From a virus, in the IMG/VR virus record IMGVR_UViG_3300044616_001452: DNA of 64,000 nucleotides; one strand, 5' to 3'. The position numbers and the translations under genes are program-made. The notes under the pieces were generated by a model that was not told the DNA's origin, made no database searches, and worked only from the letters and a program-made list of their open reading frames with translations. Numbering within the stretch: the first letter of the stretch is position 1; the number at the start of each line of letters is the position of its first letter. Below, one piece after another: positions 43,393-55,900 of the stretch.

Positions 43393-44778
43393 ATGTCAAC
43401 AGTTAAATTAACAGAATTACCACTAATTACATCTCTTGATGTAAATGAAAGTAATACAATTTTCGTTGTTGTCGATACAGACTCAGACACTACGGCAAAA
43501 ATAACTTTGTCAACACTTTATTCTAATGTAAATTCTTATTTGACTTCAAATGCAGCTTCAGCAAACGCAGTTATCAATAGTAGAATTACTGCTAACGCTG
43601 ATTCAGCGAATTCAGTTATTAATACCAGAATCACTGCGAATGTGGCAACATTGCGTGGCGAAATTACTGCTAACGCTGATTCAGCGAATTCAGTTATTAA
43701 TACCAGAATCACTGCGAATGTGGCAACATTACGTGGTGAGATTACCGCCAATGCAGCTTCAGCCAATTCGGTTATCAATACAAACATTTCGGCTAATGTT
43801 GCGACATTACGTGGTGAGATCACTGCTAACGCTGATTCAGCGAATTCAGTTATTAATACCAGAATCACGGCTAATGCTACAAGTACAAATGCATTTGCAA
43901 ACCTTGCTTTTACTAAAGCAAATAACGCAATAGCAAATACTGGTGGCGTATACACAGCAGGAGATTTTTACATTTCAGGTGATGGTTTTGTAAACGGTAC
44001 ATTCACATTAGCCAATTCAAATTTTGGTGCAACAGAATCAGCAATGACAATCACTGCAACAGGAACAGTTCAAACTGTTTCTCAAGCAGGAACAATGTTA
44101 CATATTACTGGAAAAGCAAACACTCCTTCAAGGATTATTTTTGATTCTTTTAGCACAGACGGTTCAGCATATAGCATAGTTGCAGGAAGAACCGCTCGTG
44201 GTACTGTTGTATCTCCGACAGCAACACAGAACAATGACGTTCTAATGCGTTTTGCAGGTAACGGTTGGGGTACAACAGGATTTGCACCTCTTGGTGTTGC
44301 GCGTATTGATATTGTTGCATCAGAAAATTACACTGATTCAGCTCGTGGATCGAGAATTCTATTTTATAATATAGCAAATGGTTCAAACACTGTACACGAG
44401 ATTGCTTCTTTCAATGCGGAGACGGTGCAATTTGATGGTACGGTTCAACCCAACAAAGGTTTCATTTATGTTCCAACAATTTTAGAGGGATCGCAAACTG
44501 CATTTACGATTAATTTTTCGACAACATCATTAATCAAATGTAATATTGCAGCAGATTGCGCGATAACGCTTTCCAATTATGTACATGGTAAAGTTGTAGA
44601 AGTTTGGATTACAAATACCTCTGGCTCAAATAGAACAGTTACACATGGTTGTATGGCAATAAATTCTACGGTAAATTCTACAACCGTTACGGTACCTTCA
44701 ACAAGTTCAGCTTACTTACGTTACTTTAGTATTGATGGTGATAATGCAAACACTTTTGTTGCCATTCAAAGTGCATAA
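43393..44778 (+). CDS. baseplate-associated fibre protein with 26-aa repeats
   Basis: VKLTELP N-terminus; ITANADSANSVINTRITANVATLRGE repeats. Confidence 0.7.
   Translation: MSTVKLTELPLITSLDVNESNTIFVVVDTDSDTTAKITLSTLYSNVNSYLTSNAASANAVINSRITANADSANSVINTRITANVATLRGEITANADSANSVINTRITANVATLRGEITANAASANSVINTNISANVATLRGEITANADSANSVINTRITANATSTNAFANLAFTKANNAIANTGGVYTAGDFYISGDGFVNGTFTLANSNFGATESAMTITATGTVQTVSQAGTMLHITGKANTPSRIIFDSFSTDGSAYSIVAGRTARGTVVSPTATQNNDVLMRFAGNGWGTTGFAPLGVARIDIVASENYTDSARGSRILFYNIANGSNTVHEIASFNAETVQFDGTVQPNKGFIYVPTILEGSQTAFTINFSTTSLIKCNIAADCAITLSNYVHGKVVEVWITNTSGSNRTVTHGCMAINSTVNSTTVTVPSTSSAYLRYFSIDGDNANTFVAIQSA
43585..43875 (+). repeat. 78-bp tandem coding repeat
   Basis: GCTAACGCTGATTCAGCGAATTCAGTTATTAATACCAGAATC recurs. 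Confidence 0.85.
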
Positions 44779-44790
44779 TAGGAAATAAAA

Positions 44791-46158
44791 ATGACACAGC
44801 TACTAACAATATACAATGGGCGTTTTAATACTGGTTCAATATACTATGCTCCAACGGCGACGATACCAGTGACAGGCGATGTTGTAGGTTCAATATATTG
44901 TTTTCTATCAAAAGTTTTACCATGGCCTAATGAGGCTTCACCACAAACACCCACTCAAGATCAAAAATATTTGAAGTCTGTTTTTAAAAACATGTTCGCA
45001 GCTAAACATGTCACGACAAATAACATATCTTTAGTTTTAGAGAGAATAAATTGGGCAACTGGTACAGTATATTCCTATTATCGTGATGACCAAAATATGT
45101 TTGAGTTGGACAACAATGGTTTTCTTGTTAAAAAATTCTATATTAAAAATAGATTTGATCAAGTCTTTAAGTGTTTGTGGAACAACGATGGTGGGCAATC
45201 TACGGTAGAACCATACTTCCAACCGGGAACATTTAATGCCAATCAAATATTTCAGGGCGCAGATGATTACAAATGGAAGTACATGTATACCATAACATCT
45301 GGTAACAAACTTAAATTTATGGATGATGATTGGATGCCAGTTCCAATTGGAACAAATATACCAAATCCAGTCAGTACATTTGCAGGTTCAGGAAGTATTG
45401 ATGTTATTAATGTGACCAATGCAGGCTCAGGTTATGATCCAACAAATACAACTGTCACTGTAACCGTAACTGGTGATGGTAGATTTGCTTCTGCAAATGC
45501 AGTATTTTCGGGTAACAATTTAATAGATGTAGCCGTTTCAAACACAGGTTCAAATTATAATTATGCCAATGTAATCATCAGTTCTTCTATCGGCTCAGGT
45601 GCCACTGCTGTTGCATACACTTCTCCACCTGGTGGGCATGGGTATGATCCTGCATCAGAATTAGGTGCAAGAAATGTAATGTTAACAGCCACTTTTAATA
45701 AAGGTGAAAGCGGGAAATTACCCACTGATATAGATTTTAGACAAGTAGGTGTTCTTGTAAATCCTTTTGCATACTATGGTACAACAGTTGACATTGCAAA
45801 TTCTGATTTTTATGATACATCAACCAATTTTACTGTATCACAAGGTTTCGGAGAATATTCACCAGATGAAATAGTATATCAAACTGCAAATAACTCAATC
45901 GACGGTGCCACCTTTACTGCTACGGTTTTAAGTTTTAATACAACTACCAACACATTAAAGCTACTAAATACATTTGGAACGGCAAACAATAATCAAATTT
46001 TATACGGGCAGACAACTCAAACAGCAAGAGTTGTTTTGCAACAACAAACTTCAGAATTTATACCATTTTCAGGTTACTTAATTTACTTGGAAAATAGAGA
46101 GCCTGTAGTAAGAAATGAAGATGGTTCCGAACTCTTCAAGTTAGTTTTAGGATATTAA
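44791..46158 (+). CDS. 8: baseplate wedge gp8-like
   Basis: R.NW..G..Y..Y, VFKCL.N, YKWKYMY, FRQVG, SG..IYLENR. Confidence 0.9.
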   Translation: MTQLLTIYNGRFNTGSIYYAPTATIPVTGDVVGSIYCFLSKVLPWPNEASPQTPTQDQKYLKSVFKNMFAAKHVTTNNISLVLERINWATGTVYSYYRDDQNMFELDNNGFLVKKFYIKNRFDQVFKCLWNNDGGQSTVEPYFQPGTFNANQIFQGADDYKWKYMYTITSGNKLKFMDDDWMPVPIGTNIPNPVSTFAGSGSIDVINVTNAGSGYDPTNTTVTVTVTGDGRFASANAVFSGNNLIDVAVSNTGSNYNYANVIISSSIGSGATAVAYTSPPGGHGYDPASELGARNVMLTATFNKGESGKLPTDIDFRQVGVLVNPFAYYGTTVDIANSDFYDTSTNFTVSQGFGEYSPDEIVYQTANNSIDGATFTATVLSFNTTTNTLKLLNTFGTANNNQILYGQTTQTARVVLQQQTSEFIPFSGYLIYLENREPVVRNEDGSELFKLVLGY

Positions 46159-46167
46159 AGGACAGAA

Positions 46168-49100
46168 ATGCTTAACTTCAACGTTGATCCTTATTACGAC
46201 GATTTCGATCCCAATAAGAATTACCATAGAATTCTTTTTAAACCTGGTCGTGCAGTTCAAGCAAGAGAATTAACACAGTCACAGACTATACTACAAGATC
46301 AGATAACAAAATTTGCAAACCATATTTTTAAACAAAATACTCCTGTCACTGGTGGGCAAGTAACTGTCAATAATAATTCAATCTATATAAAACTAAACTC
46401 AACTTATAATGATAATGACGTTGTTGCAGCGGACTTTTTAAATCAAATTATTACTGATTCAACAGGTACCATATTTGCAAAAGTTGTTGCTATAGAAGAA
46501 GCCACATCAGCCGATCCTCCTACTTTGTATGTAACGTATCTTTCTGGGCGACAATTCTCAGCCTCAGATGTAATTATTACCACAACAACCTCAGTTAGCG
46601 CAGAGATTGCTCCTTCTAATTTTACTGGCTTTGCAACAACAGCATCTATAGCAGAGGGTGTTTTCTATATTATTAATGGCTATACCTTTTCAGACATACA
46701 AAACGAAGATGGTACCTATTCAAAATATTCTATAGGTAATTTTGTTTCGGTTCAACCTCAAACAATTGTTGTTCAAAAATATTCCAATACTCCAACAAAA
46801 AGAGTTGGCTTAGATATTTCAGAATACATTTCTGATTACATTAGTGATTCTTCATTGTTAGATCCAGCCGTAGGTGCAACTAATTACCAAGCTCCCGGTG
46901 CAGATCGCTATACAATTAAATTAAGTCTGACAACAAAAGAAATTACTGATTCTAACGACAGTAATTTCATTGAGCTTGTAAGAATTACAAATGGTATTAT
47001 ACAAAGACTTGTTAATGGAACAGTTTATGCAACGATTGATGATTATTTTGCAAAACGTACCTATGATACCAATGGTGATTTCATTGTCAGCGACTTCAAA
47101 TTAACACCAAAAGCTAACACGAGCAACAGTAGCACCTATCAGGTTCAAGTTGGAGCAGGTGTTGCATACGTAAAAGGCTACAGAGTAGAATCTTATCTGG
47201 ATACAACTCTAGAAACCTCTAGAGCAAGAACAACAGAGACTTTAAATAATGCAAGAATTACTACAGATTATGGTAATTATGTTTATGTTAATAACATAGA
47301 CGGGGTTTTTGATGTAACCAAAGTTATTTCTGTAGATTTTCATGCAATTAATGTTAACTCAGCTATTGTAACTACAAATACAACAACATACAACTCAACA
47401 AAAGTTGGCTCTGCTTTACTTCGTGGTTTAGAATTTGAAAATGCGTCAGACAATGCAAACACACAAACATATATTTACAAGGCATACTTGTCTGAAATAC
47501 AAACAAACACTCTCAGCACAAATGCTGCATCGGCAACTGTTAGTACGATAACATTATTTGATCAGAATGGCAAATTTACCTCTCATGCAAATGCTTATTA
47601 CGATTCAACAGTCACAATAGATTCTGGACCTTCAGCAGGCGATTCACGTAAAGTTGTTTCATATAACGGTTCAACAAAAACTATTACTGTTAGCCCTGCG
47701 TTTAGTGTTTTGCCAACAACTGCGTCGAATTTAACTTTTAGATTTGCTGTAAGTGATTTTGATCTGATGGCAGCGCCAACAACAAGTGGCTTTGCAGTAG
47801 AATCAACCGCAGGTATTGATCCATCAAGTAAAACAGATGGTATTATCACTGGCGTATCTAATTTCCCCACAGTCATATCAAACCCAACAACACCAGAACT
47901 TATATTCCCTGTGGGATTTAATTATGTAAGTGGTTTAGATGACGAGAGTTATAATTCTTGGAAGATGAGCAGAAATGTCAACTTCGCAACTGGTGTTGCT
48001 TCATTCAATTTAACTGGATCTGATCTCACTTTTGCTGGAACTGTAGGCACTCAAAGCGCATCTGATGCAAAAGATAATTGGCTCGTTGTTGTGACTGTTG
48101 CTGGAGGTTCTTTTAGTGTTGGTGATGTTATTAGTTTTACAAGCACAAATACAATATCATTAGATGCAAATAAAAAAATTGCAACTCTTACGGCAGGTGG
48201 TACAACATTTAGTGGCACTATCTTAGCGAGAACTATTATAAATGATGCAGGAACATCAGATGCATTAAAGATAAAAAATCTTTTTGAAGCAAATACAACA
48301 GGTGTAAATTTAACTGGAACAAATGTTGGTGGTGTAAGAGTTGATTTGACAGAAGCACAAGTTTATATTCCAAATGCAAACATAGTAACACCAGGCAACA
48401 AACAATCTCTTTACATTTCAGACGTTAAAAGAATTGTTAAAATAATTGACACGGGAGAACGATCTACTGCTCCAACAGATGCAATGTTAACGAATAGCGC
48501 GTATGATGTTACGAACAATTATAGTTTTGACAATGGGCAAAATGATGCTTACTATGGGCATGGATCTATTACTCTTCGAACTGGTGCACCTAAACCATCA
48601 GGAGCGTTACTAGTATTACTTGATTACTATCAACATGCTGGAGGTGACGGTTACTTTAGCGTGAAGTCATACTTGGGAGCAGGTGATGGTGGTGATTCTA
48701 CCAGCCCAGAAAATTATTCTGAAATTGGAACATACACAAGTAAAGCAGGTGTGACATACGAACTAAGAGATTGTATAGATTTCAGGCTTTCAGCTAAAAA
48801 TGCTCAAGCAGCATTAGAGTTTAGATATTCAACCTCAGTAACCGGAACGGGTGGAGCATTAATACCAGTTGATAGAGGTGATTTTGTAACAGATTATTCA
48901 CATTATCTAGGAAGAAACGATATCATTGTTTTAACTAAAGATAATACATTTAAATTACTAACAGGAAAACCATCTAATGTACCAACCTTTCCTTTACAAC
49001 CAGATGGAAGTTTACTCCTTGCTCAATTAACTTTGGATCCTTACACATCATATTTACCTGGTGAGGAGACTGGTAAACTAACAAATCTTTCAATGGTAAA

Positions 49101-52100
49101 AGTTCAACATCGTCGTTGGAGAATGCAGGATATTTCAGGGCTTCAATCTAGAGTAAGCAATATTGAATATTATACTTCATTAAGTTTACTTGAAAAACAA
49201 GCAGCCGACTTACAAGTGCCAGATTCTAATGGGCTAAACAGATTTAAAAATGGTATTCTTGTAGATAATTTTACAGGATTCTCCACTGCATTTACGGACA
49301 GTGAATATTATAATGCAAAAATTAACAAACGTTTAACAACAATGAGTTCAACCGAATGGATGTTAAACGTACCTCTTGTCTCAAAAGATATATTAAATTC
49401 ATATGGCAACTTATCAACTAGCGCACAGAGCAATCTAAGTTATAGATATCATAGTAAAACTGGAGGTGCGTCATCTGTATTTACTTTGCCATATACGAGT
49501 GCAAATTTAGTTATACAAAAACTTGCAAGCAGTACGGTAAGTTTAAATCCTTTTGCAGTCGCAATTAGTGAGGGTGTATTAAATATTAATCCTCCGATGG
49601 ATATGTGGGTTTCGGCAGGAAAGGATCCAGATGTTCTAATTGTTTTACCAGGAGCCACCTTATATCAACAAGGCACAACTTTAAATAAATTATCTGCGTC
49701 CGATTGGCAAGGTGTATCAGGTACAACATATACAAGCACCACATCATCAGGTCGAACAGTAACAGTTCAGACATACCAAGATCAACAGAGAAGTACGTTA
49801 ACAGGTTATTATGACCAAGTTAATTCAATCAATGGTAATTTTATTACAGATGTTTCTATTCAACCATATATCAGGTCTCAAAATTTAATATTGAGAGGCA
49901 AGGGCTTAAAAATTAATACACCTGTGTCCGTCTATTTCGATGAACAAAAAGTTGATCAGTATCTAATTCAACCTAATATTATCAATCTTACTAATGTCAC
50001 TGGAACTTTTGAAGAAGGTGAAACTATAGGTTACTTTACAGGTGGTACATTTTATCCGACAGGGCGTATTGTCACAGTAACAAAAACATCTTCTACGACT
50101 GTAAGATTATACGTTTCCTCAGATAAGTCAACAACTTCTTATAGCGCAACAAATACTTTACAAAATGCGAGATTCGATCAAAATGGTACCTATAGTGGTT
50201 TTACTGCATCAGGATCATATACGAGTGCAGCCGCACAATTAATTTCATTAAGCGGTAAGATGCAAACTTACACAGGTGGTTCATCAACAAGCTTCGATGG
50301 TGGAGGGCAATATGCAAGTGGTGTAACTTCCATTACTTTACAAGCAACTGCATCTGCAACAAATAATTTTTATAATGGATCAACCATTCGATTCACAACA
50401 TATAAACAAACCGCAATTACAACAACTGTGGCTGGGCGAGGTTGGATAGTAGTATGCGTTGGTGAAGAATCTTGTTGGTGGACGTATGAAGAAGATACAA
50501 CAACAACTCGTTATGAATTAGTAACTGAAACTTATACAGCAGTTATTAGTGCATATAATGGCACAACTAAAGTTGCAACATTATCAACTTCAGTCAATGT
50601 TTCATTAGGTATTAATAATGGTAGTGATATCACATCATTATATTCCATTAACGGTACAACTTATTTAATGACACAGGCATTTTCATCAGCAGCAGCTCCA
50701 AGATTATCAACAGATGAAAATGGAAACTTTGCTGCAATTTTACAATTGCCAAACTCTACATTTAGAACTGGTGACAGAGTTGTAAGAATAGACAACAGAA
50801 CAACAGATGATGATCCTGATACAGCAACAACCTTTGCGCAAGCCATTTTTACGGCATCTTCTTTATCTACAAAAAGTCAGAGTTTAAATTTTGGTGGTAC
50901 AATACAAGCTGCCGCAAAAAGTACAGTATTTTCATCAATTGAACAAAGAAATAATATCCTTATTGATCAATATTCATACACTGTTGATCCAATAGCACAA
51001 ACATTTATGATTGATAACGATACGTATCCAAATGGAGCTTTCTTAAAATCTATAAAAGTTTTCTTTAAGAGTAAGCCATCTCAATCATCGGCAGTTCCAG
51101 TTAGGATGTTTATCGTTGACACACTTAATGGATATCCTAGTGGGCAAGTGTTAGACAATTCTCTTATTGTTAAAACAGTTCAAGAAATTAATACCTCTGA
51201 TACACCACATTATTTGAATGCAAACACTGCTACTGAATTTGAATTTGAATCGCCTGTTTACATAAGATCAGGTAATCTATACGCATTTGTTCTTCAGACA
51301 ACAAGCCCCGATTATGTAGTATGGCTAGCAACACAAAATGGTGAGGCTTTACCTTCAACAGTAAAAGCATTGCCAACTGATCCCACACCTTCAACTATTA
51401 CAAAAATAGGTGGTTCACCATATATTGGTGCATTATTTGAATCGCAAAATGGTATTACATGGACGGCGGATCAAACAAAAAATCTAATGTTCACAGTTGA
51501 AAACTGTATTTTTGATATTGCTGCTCAACCTACAATTCAATTTATTGTACCTAAAAAAATTCCTATGAGAAAAATGGTTGATGTTGATTTACAATATTTG
51601 GATAATGCAAATACTGTATCTGCTGTTAATGGTATTTTCCTTCGCAAAGATGTGGAATATGATGCGCTTAATATAACTACTGTAGACTTTGAACCTACCG
51701 ATACAAGTATTTCCTATACTTACACACCATCTTTATACTCTTCTTATTCATCAGATTCAACAAAGGTCGTTGAGCCTGGTAAATTTGCAACAACAATGAT
51801 AGATCAAATCTATCTTGATGATGGAAAAGGAACTAGAGTATTAGATTCAAATTCAAACACTTCGTTTATTTTAACAGCATCACTTACTACAACAGACAAG
51901 TATGTTTCTCCAGTAATATCAGATGATGGGCTTTCATTATATGTTGTAAAAAATGTTGTTAACGACATGAACATTTCTAATACTGATATTACGGTAACAA
52001 GCGGTAATGTTGCTGGAGTTACAGCCATATATACCACTGCGCCAGCGGTTACAATTTCTGCCCCAACCGCATCAGATGGAACACAAGCATATGCGACAGC

Positions 52101-52680
52101 AAATCTTTCACCGATAGGGTCCGGTAATTATATTGTTGATAAAATTAATGTAACAAGTGGTGGTTCTGGTTATATTACCACACCAACTATTACTATCGCA
52201 GCAAACGGAGGTGGTTATCTTGCTACTGCTTCAGTAGCAGGTGAAACCTCATCGCAGGGTGGTAACGGTTTAGCTAGATATATAACAAAGAATGTTGTTC
52301 TAACTCCAGAAAATGATTCGGGTGATCTAAGAGTGTACTATACTGCTTATAAACCTGTTGGTTCTAAGATATTGGTCTACTATAAGATATTGAATAGAAG
52401 TGATACTCAAAAATTTGATGATCAAAATTGGCAATTAATGACAGAAATAAATGCTGGTTCTAATTCATTCTCCTTGAATCGTGATGATCTGAGAGAATAT
52501 GTTTCCGCACCAGGTTCAGGTGGTGTGCCTGATAATTTTATAAGTTATACAAGTACAAGTGGTATTACATACAACAATTTCAGTCAGTTTGCAATTAAAA
52601 TAGTTCTTGCAACTTCGGATTCAACAAGAACCCCTGTGCTCCATGATTTAAGGGTATTAGCTCTTCCTTCTGGTGCTTAA
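46168..52680 (+). CDS. large virion structural protein (VrlC/DUF4815-like)
   Basis: PYYDDFD...LFKPG.AVQARELTQ.Q, APGADR, EYYTSLSLLE, RFKNG..VDNF, DPIAQTF. Confidence 0.85.
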   Translation: MLNFNVDPYYDDFDPNKNYHRILFKPGRAVQARELTQSQTILQDQITKFANHIFKQNTPVTGGQVTVNNNSIYIKLNSTYNDNDVVAADFLNQIITDSTGTIFAKVVAIEEATSADPPTLYVTYLSGRQFSASDVIITTTTSVSAEIAPSNFTGFATTASIAEGVFYIINGYTFSDIQNEDGTYSKYSIGNFVSVQPQTIVVQKYSNTPTKRVGLDISEYISDYISDSSLLDPAVGATNYQAPGADRYTIKLSLTTKEITDSNDSNFIELVRITNGIIQRLVNGTVYATIDDYFAKRTYDTNGDFIVSDFKLTPKANTSNSSTYQVQVGAGVAYVKGYRVESYLDTTLETSRARTTETLNNARITTDYGNYVYVNNIDGVFDVTKVISVDFHAINVNSAIVTTNTTTYNSTKVGSALLRGLEFENASDNANTQTYIYKAYLSEIQTNTLSTNAASATVSTITLFDQNGKFTSHANAYYDSTVTIDSGPSAGDSRKVVSYNGSTKTITVSPAFSVLPTTASNLTFRFAVSDFDLMAAPTTSGFAVESTAGIDPSSKTDGIITGVSNFPTVISNPTTPELIFPVGFNYVSGLDDESYNSWKMSRNVNFATGVASFNLTGSDLTFAGTVGTQSASDAKDNWLVVVTVAGGSFSVGDVISFTSTNTISLDANKKIATLTAGGTTFSGTILARTIINDAGTSDALKIKNLFEANTTGVNLTGTNVGGVRVDLTEAQVYIPNANIVTPGNKQSLYISDVKRIVKIIDTGERSTAPTDAMLTNSAYDVTNNYSFDNGQNDAYYGHGSITLRTGAPKPSGALLVLLDYYQHAGGDGYFSVKSYLGAGDGGDSTSPENYSEIGTYTSKAGVTYELRDCIDFRLSAKNAQAALEFRYSTSVTGTGGALIPVDRGDFVTDYSHYLGRNDIIVLTKDNTFKLLTGKPSNVPTFPLQPDGSLLLAQLTLDPYTSYLPGEETGKLTNLSMVKVQHRRWRMQDISGLQSRVSNIEYYTSLSLLEKQAADLQVPDSNGLNRFKNGILVDNFTGFSTAFTDSEYYNAKINKRLTTMSSTEWMLNVPLVSKDILNSYGNLSTSAQSNLSYRYHSKTGGASSVFTLPYTSANLVIQKLASSTVSLNPFAVAISEGVLNINPPMDMWVSAGKDPDVLIVLPGATLYQQGTTLNKLSASDWQGVSGTTYTSTTSSGRTVTVQTYQDQQRSTLTGYYDQVNSINGNFITDVSIQPYIRSQNLILRGKGLKINTPVSVYFDEQKVDQYLIQPNIINLTNVTGTFEEGETIGYFTGGTFYPTGRIVTVTKTSSTTVRLYVSSDKSTTSYSATNTLQNARFDQNGTYSGFTASGSYTSAAAQLISLSGKMQTYTGGSSTSFDGGGQYASGVTSITLQATASATNNFYNGSTIRFTTYKQTAITTTVAGRGWIVVCVGEESCWWTYEEDTTTTRYELVTETYTAVISAYNGTTKVATLSTSVNVSLGINNGSDITSLYSINGTTYLMTQAFSSAAAPRLSTDENGNFAAILQLPNSTFRTGDRVVRIDNRTTDDDPDTATTFAQAIFTASSLSTKSQSLNFGGTIQAAAKSTVFSSIEQRNNILIDQYSYTVDPIAQTFMIDNDTYPNGAFLKSIKVFFKSKPSQSSAVPVRMFIVDTLNGYPSGQVLDNSLIVKTVQEINTSDTPHYLNANTATEFEFESPVYIRSGNLYAFVLQTTSPDYVVWLATQNGEALPSTVKALPTDPTPSTITKIGGSPYIGALFESQNGITWTADQTKNLMFTVENCIFDIAAQPTIQFIVPKKIPMRKMVDVDLQYLDNANTVSAVNGIFLRKDVEYDALNITTVDFEPTDTSISYTYTPSLYSSYSSDSTKVVEPGKFATTMIDQIYLDDGKGTRVLDSNSNTSFILTASLTTTDKYVSPVISDDGLSLYVVKNVVNDMNISNTDITVTSGNVAGVTAIYTTAPAVTISAPTASDGTQAYATANLSPIGSGNYIVDKINVTSGGSGYITTPTITIAANGGGYLATASVAGETSSQGGNGLARYITKNVVLTPENDSGDLRVYYTAYKPVGSKILVYYKILNRSDTQKFDDQNWQLMTEINAGSNSFSLNRDDLREYVSAPGSGGVPDNFISYTSTSGITYNNFSQFAIKIVLATSDSTRTPVLHDLRVLALPSGA

Positions 52681-52683
52681 TAT

Positions 52684-52911
52684 ATGTTTGTAAATATAAA
52701 AGATGGTAATTATTTACGTGATACAAACTCTATGGCACTGATCAACAATGATCAAAAGGCTAAGCACGAATATTATGAAAAAGCTAGATTATTGAAGTCT
52801 CAAAAGGAAGAAATAAATAACCTTAAAAATGATTTAACTTCTGTAAAAGAAGATGTAAAAGAATTAAAAAATCTAATCATACAATTATTAGGTAAAGAAA
52901 CAAATGGCTAA
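52684..52911 (+). CDS. small coiled-coil virion protein
   Basis: [11 protein letters not shown]...EINNLK; typical after the VrlC-like gene. Confidence 0.8.
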   Translation: MFVNIKDGNYLRDTNSMALINNDQKAKHEYYEKARLLKSQKEEINNLKNDLTSVKEDVKELKNLIIQLLGKETNG

Positions 52912-55900
52912 TCAAATTCCTCCGCTTGGGCTTGCGAACACTTTTGGTGATTGGATCGTAACTACCAATAGTGTTCTTAAAGAAACAAATGATCTTGCTG
53001 CAAATAATTATACAAAAGATTCCGGTTCACTTATCATACAATCTTCTGGAACGGGCTTACAAGTTGCTAATGATGCAATTGTACAAGGTTCATTTCAAGT
53101 TTCTGGTACGGGTTCTAGTGCAACAATACAAAACAATTTAACAGTTACACAGGGTTCAATTAGAGCTTCGAACACTACAGCTTTAGGTTTGAGAATTGAT
53201 GGCGTTGCAAACATTGCAAACCTTCAAATTATTGGGTCGGGATTAGGTAATGATAATCAGGGTCCCGCACTCTACGTTGGAAACAATACAGTTTTGGTTG
53301 GAAACGTTGCACTGTCTAATACAATTACTGTTTCTGGTAATGCTAGAGTCTTAGGTGTTAATGCTAATTCTTACATTACTGCGCCTAGTGTTTATGCAAC
53401 AAGTATTTTTTCTGGTGCTATCACGGCTAATACACAACTTAATGTTGGTGCAGCTAATGTTGTAAATGGAATTGACGCCGCTTTGGCTAGAATTGGTAAC
53501 ATTGTCGCTAACACAGGATTGATTGGTGGTGCAATCACCGCTAATACACAGCTTAATGTTGGAGCCGCTAACGTTGTTAATGGAATTGATGCTGGCTCCG
53601 CTAGAATTGGTAACATTGTTGCTAACACAGGATTGATTGGTGGTGCAATCACCGCTAATACACAGCTTAATGTTGGAGCCGCTAACGTTGTTAATGGAAT
53701 TGATGCTGGCTCCGCTAGAATTGGTAACATTGTTGCTAACACTAGTTTAATCGGAGGAACATTAACGGCTAATACACAGCTTAATGTTGGAGCCGCTAAC
53801 GTTGTTAATGGAATTGATGCTGGCTCCGCTAGAATTGGTAACATTATAGCAAATACATCTTTAGTAGGCGGTACAATCACTGCCAATACGCAATTAAACG
53901 TTGGAGCCGCTAACGTTGTTAATGGAATTGATGCTGGCTCCGCTAGAATTGGTAACATTATAGCAAATACAAGTTTGATTGGTGGAACATTAACAGCTAA
54001 TACTCAATTAAATGTTGGTGATGCTAACGTTGTGAATAGACTGGATGCATCTTCAGCCAGAATTGGTAACATTGTAGCAAATACATCTTTAGTTGGTGGT
54101 ACAATCACCGCTAATACACAACTTAATGTTGGTGCAGCTAATGTTGTAAATGGAATTGACGCCGCTTTGGCTAGAATTGGTAACATTGTCGCTAACACAG
54201 GATTGATTGGTGGTGCAATCACCGCTAATACACAGCTTAATGTTGGAGCAGCTAATGTTATAAACGGTATTGACGCCGCATCGGCTAGAATCGGTAGCAT
54301 TGTAGCAAATACAAGTTTAATTGGTGGCACTATCACTGCCAATACAACACTAAGTGGTGGTTCCGCTAACATTATCAATGCAATTAATGCCGCATCAGCC
54401 AATATTGTTGGTTTGATGAATGCTAATACAGGTAATGTTGGAACATTAAGTGCTGTCACAACAGTCGTTGCTGGTACAATCACCGCTAATACAACACTAA
54501 GTGGTGGTTCCGCTAACATTATCAATGCAATTAATGCCGCATCAGCCAATATTGTTGGTTTGATGAATGCTAATACCGCTAATGTAGGCACACTATCAGC
54601 CGTAACAACAGTTGTTGCTGGTACAATCACCGCTAATACAACACTAAGTGGTGGTTCCGCTAACATTATCAATGCAATTAATGCCGCATCAGCCAATATA
54701 GTCGGCATAGCCAATGCTAATACTGCTAATGTAGGCACATTAAGTGCTGTCACAACAGTCGTTGCTGGTACAATCACCGCTAATACAACACTAAGTGGTG
54801 GTTCCGCTAACATTATCAATGCAATTAATGCCGCATCAGCCAATATTGTTGGTTTGATGAATGCTAATACAGGTAATGTTGGAACATTATCAGCCGTAAC
54901 AACAGTTATTGGTGGAACAATTACTGCAAATACAATATTATCAGGTGGTTCCGCTAACATTATCAATGCAATTAATGCCGCTTCAGCCAATATTGTTGGT
55001 ATAGCTAATGCAAATACTGGAAATGTTGGCACATTAAGTGCTGTCACAACAGTTATTGGTGGAACAATTACTGCTAACACAATACTAAGTGGTGATTCAG
55101 CCAACATTGTTACTATAATGAATGCGAATACCGGAAATGTTGGAACATTATCAGCCGTAACAACAGTTATTGGTGGAACAATTACTGCTAACACAATACT
55201 AAGTGGTGGTTCAGCCAATATTTTTGGTATAGCTAATGCCAATACAGTTAACGTTGGCACATTAAGTGCAGTAACAAGAGTAATTGGTGGAACAATTACT
55301 GCTAATACACAACTTAATGTTGGTGCAGCTAATGTTATAAACGGTATTGATGCTGGTTCAGCCAGAATTGGTAACATAGTTGCTAACACTAATTTAATGG
55401 CTGGAAGCATTAATGCCAATAGTTATCTAACCATTGCAAATTCTCTTTATTCTGTAACAAGAAATAATGCAGTTACGGTCACATCATATACAGGAAATGG
55501 AACAACTTTTGTAACTGGAGTTGCCACAAACCATGGGTTGGCTAATGGTGAATTAATTTTTATTAATGGCGCTGCTGTCACACAAGCTCCATTAAATGGA
55601 GTGTGGGCTGTTGTTAACACCGGTGTCAATTCAATCATGTTTTCGATTGCTCCAGGAACACTTCCTGTTGGCACAAATACAACTGCTATAGGTTCAACAA
55701 CAGTAGCTCGTTCATTTAACTATGTCACTTCATTAAATTCCAATAGTTACATTACAACAACAGAAGCACAAGCAACAAGGTTACAAGCAGGAAATATTGT
55801 TGCTAACACCAGTTTAATTGGTGGTACAATCACCGCTAATACAACACTAAGTGGTGGTTCCGCTAACATTATCAATGCAATTAATGCCGCATCAGCCAAT

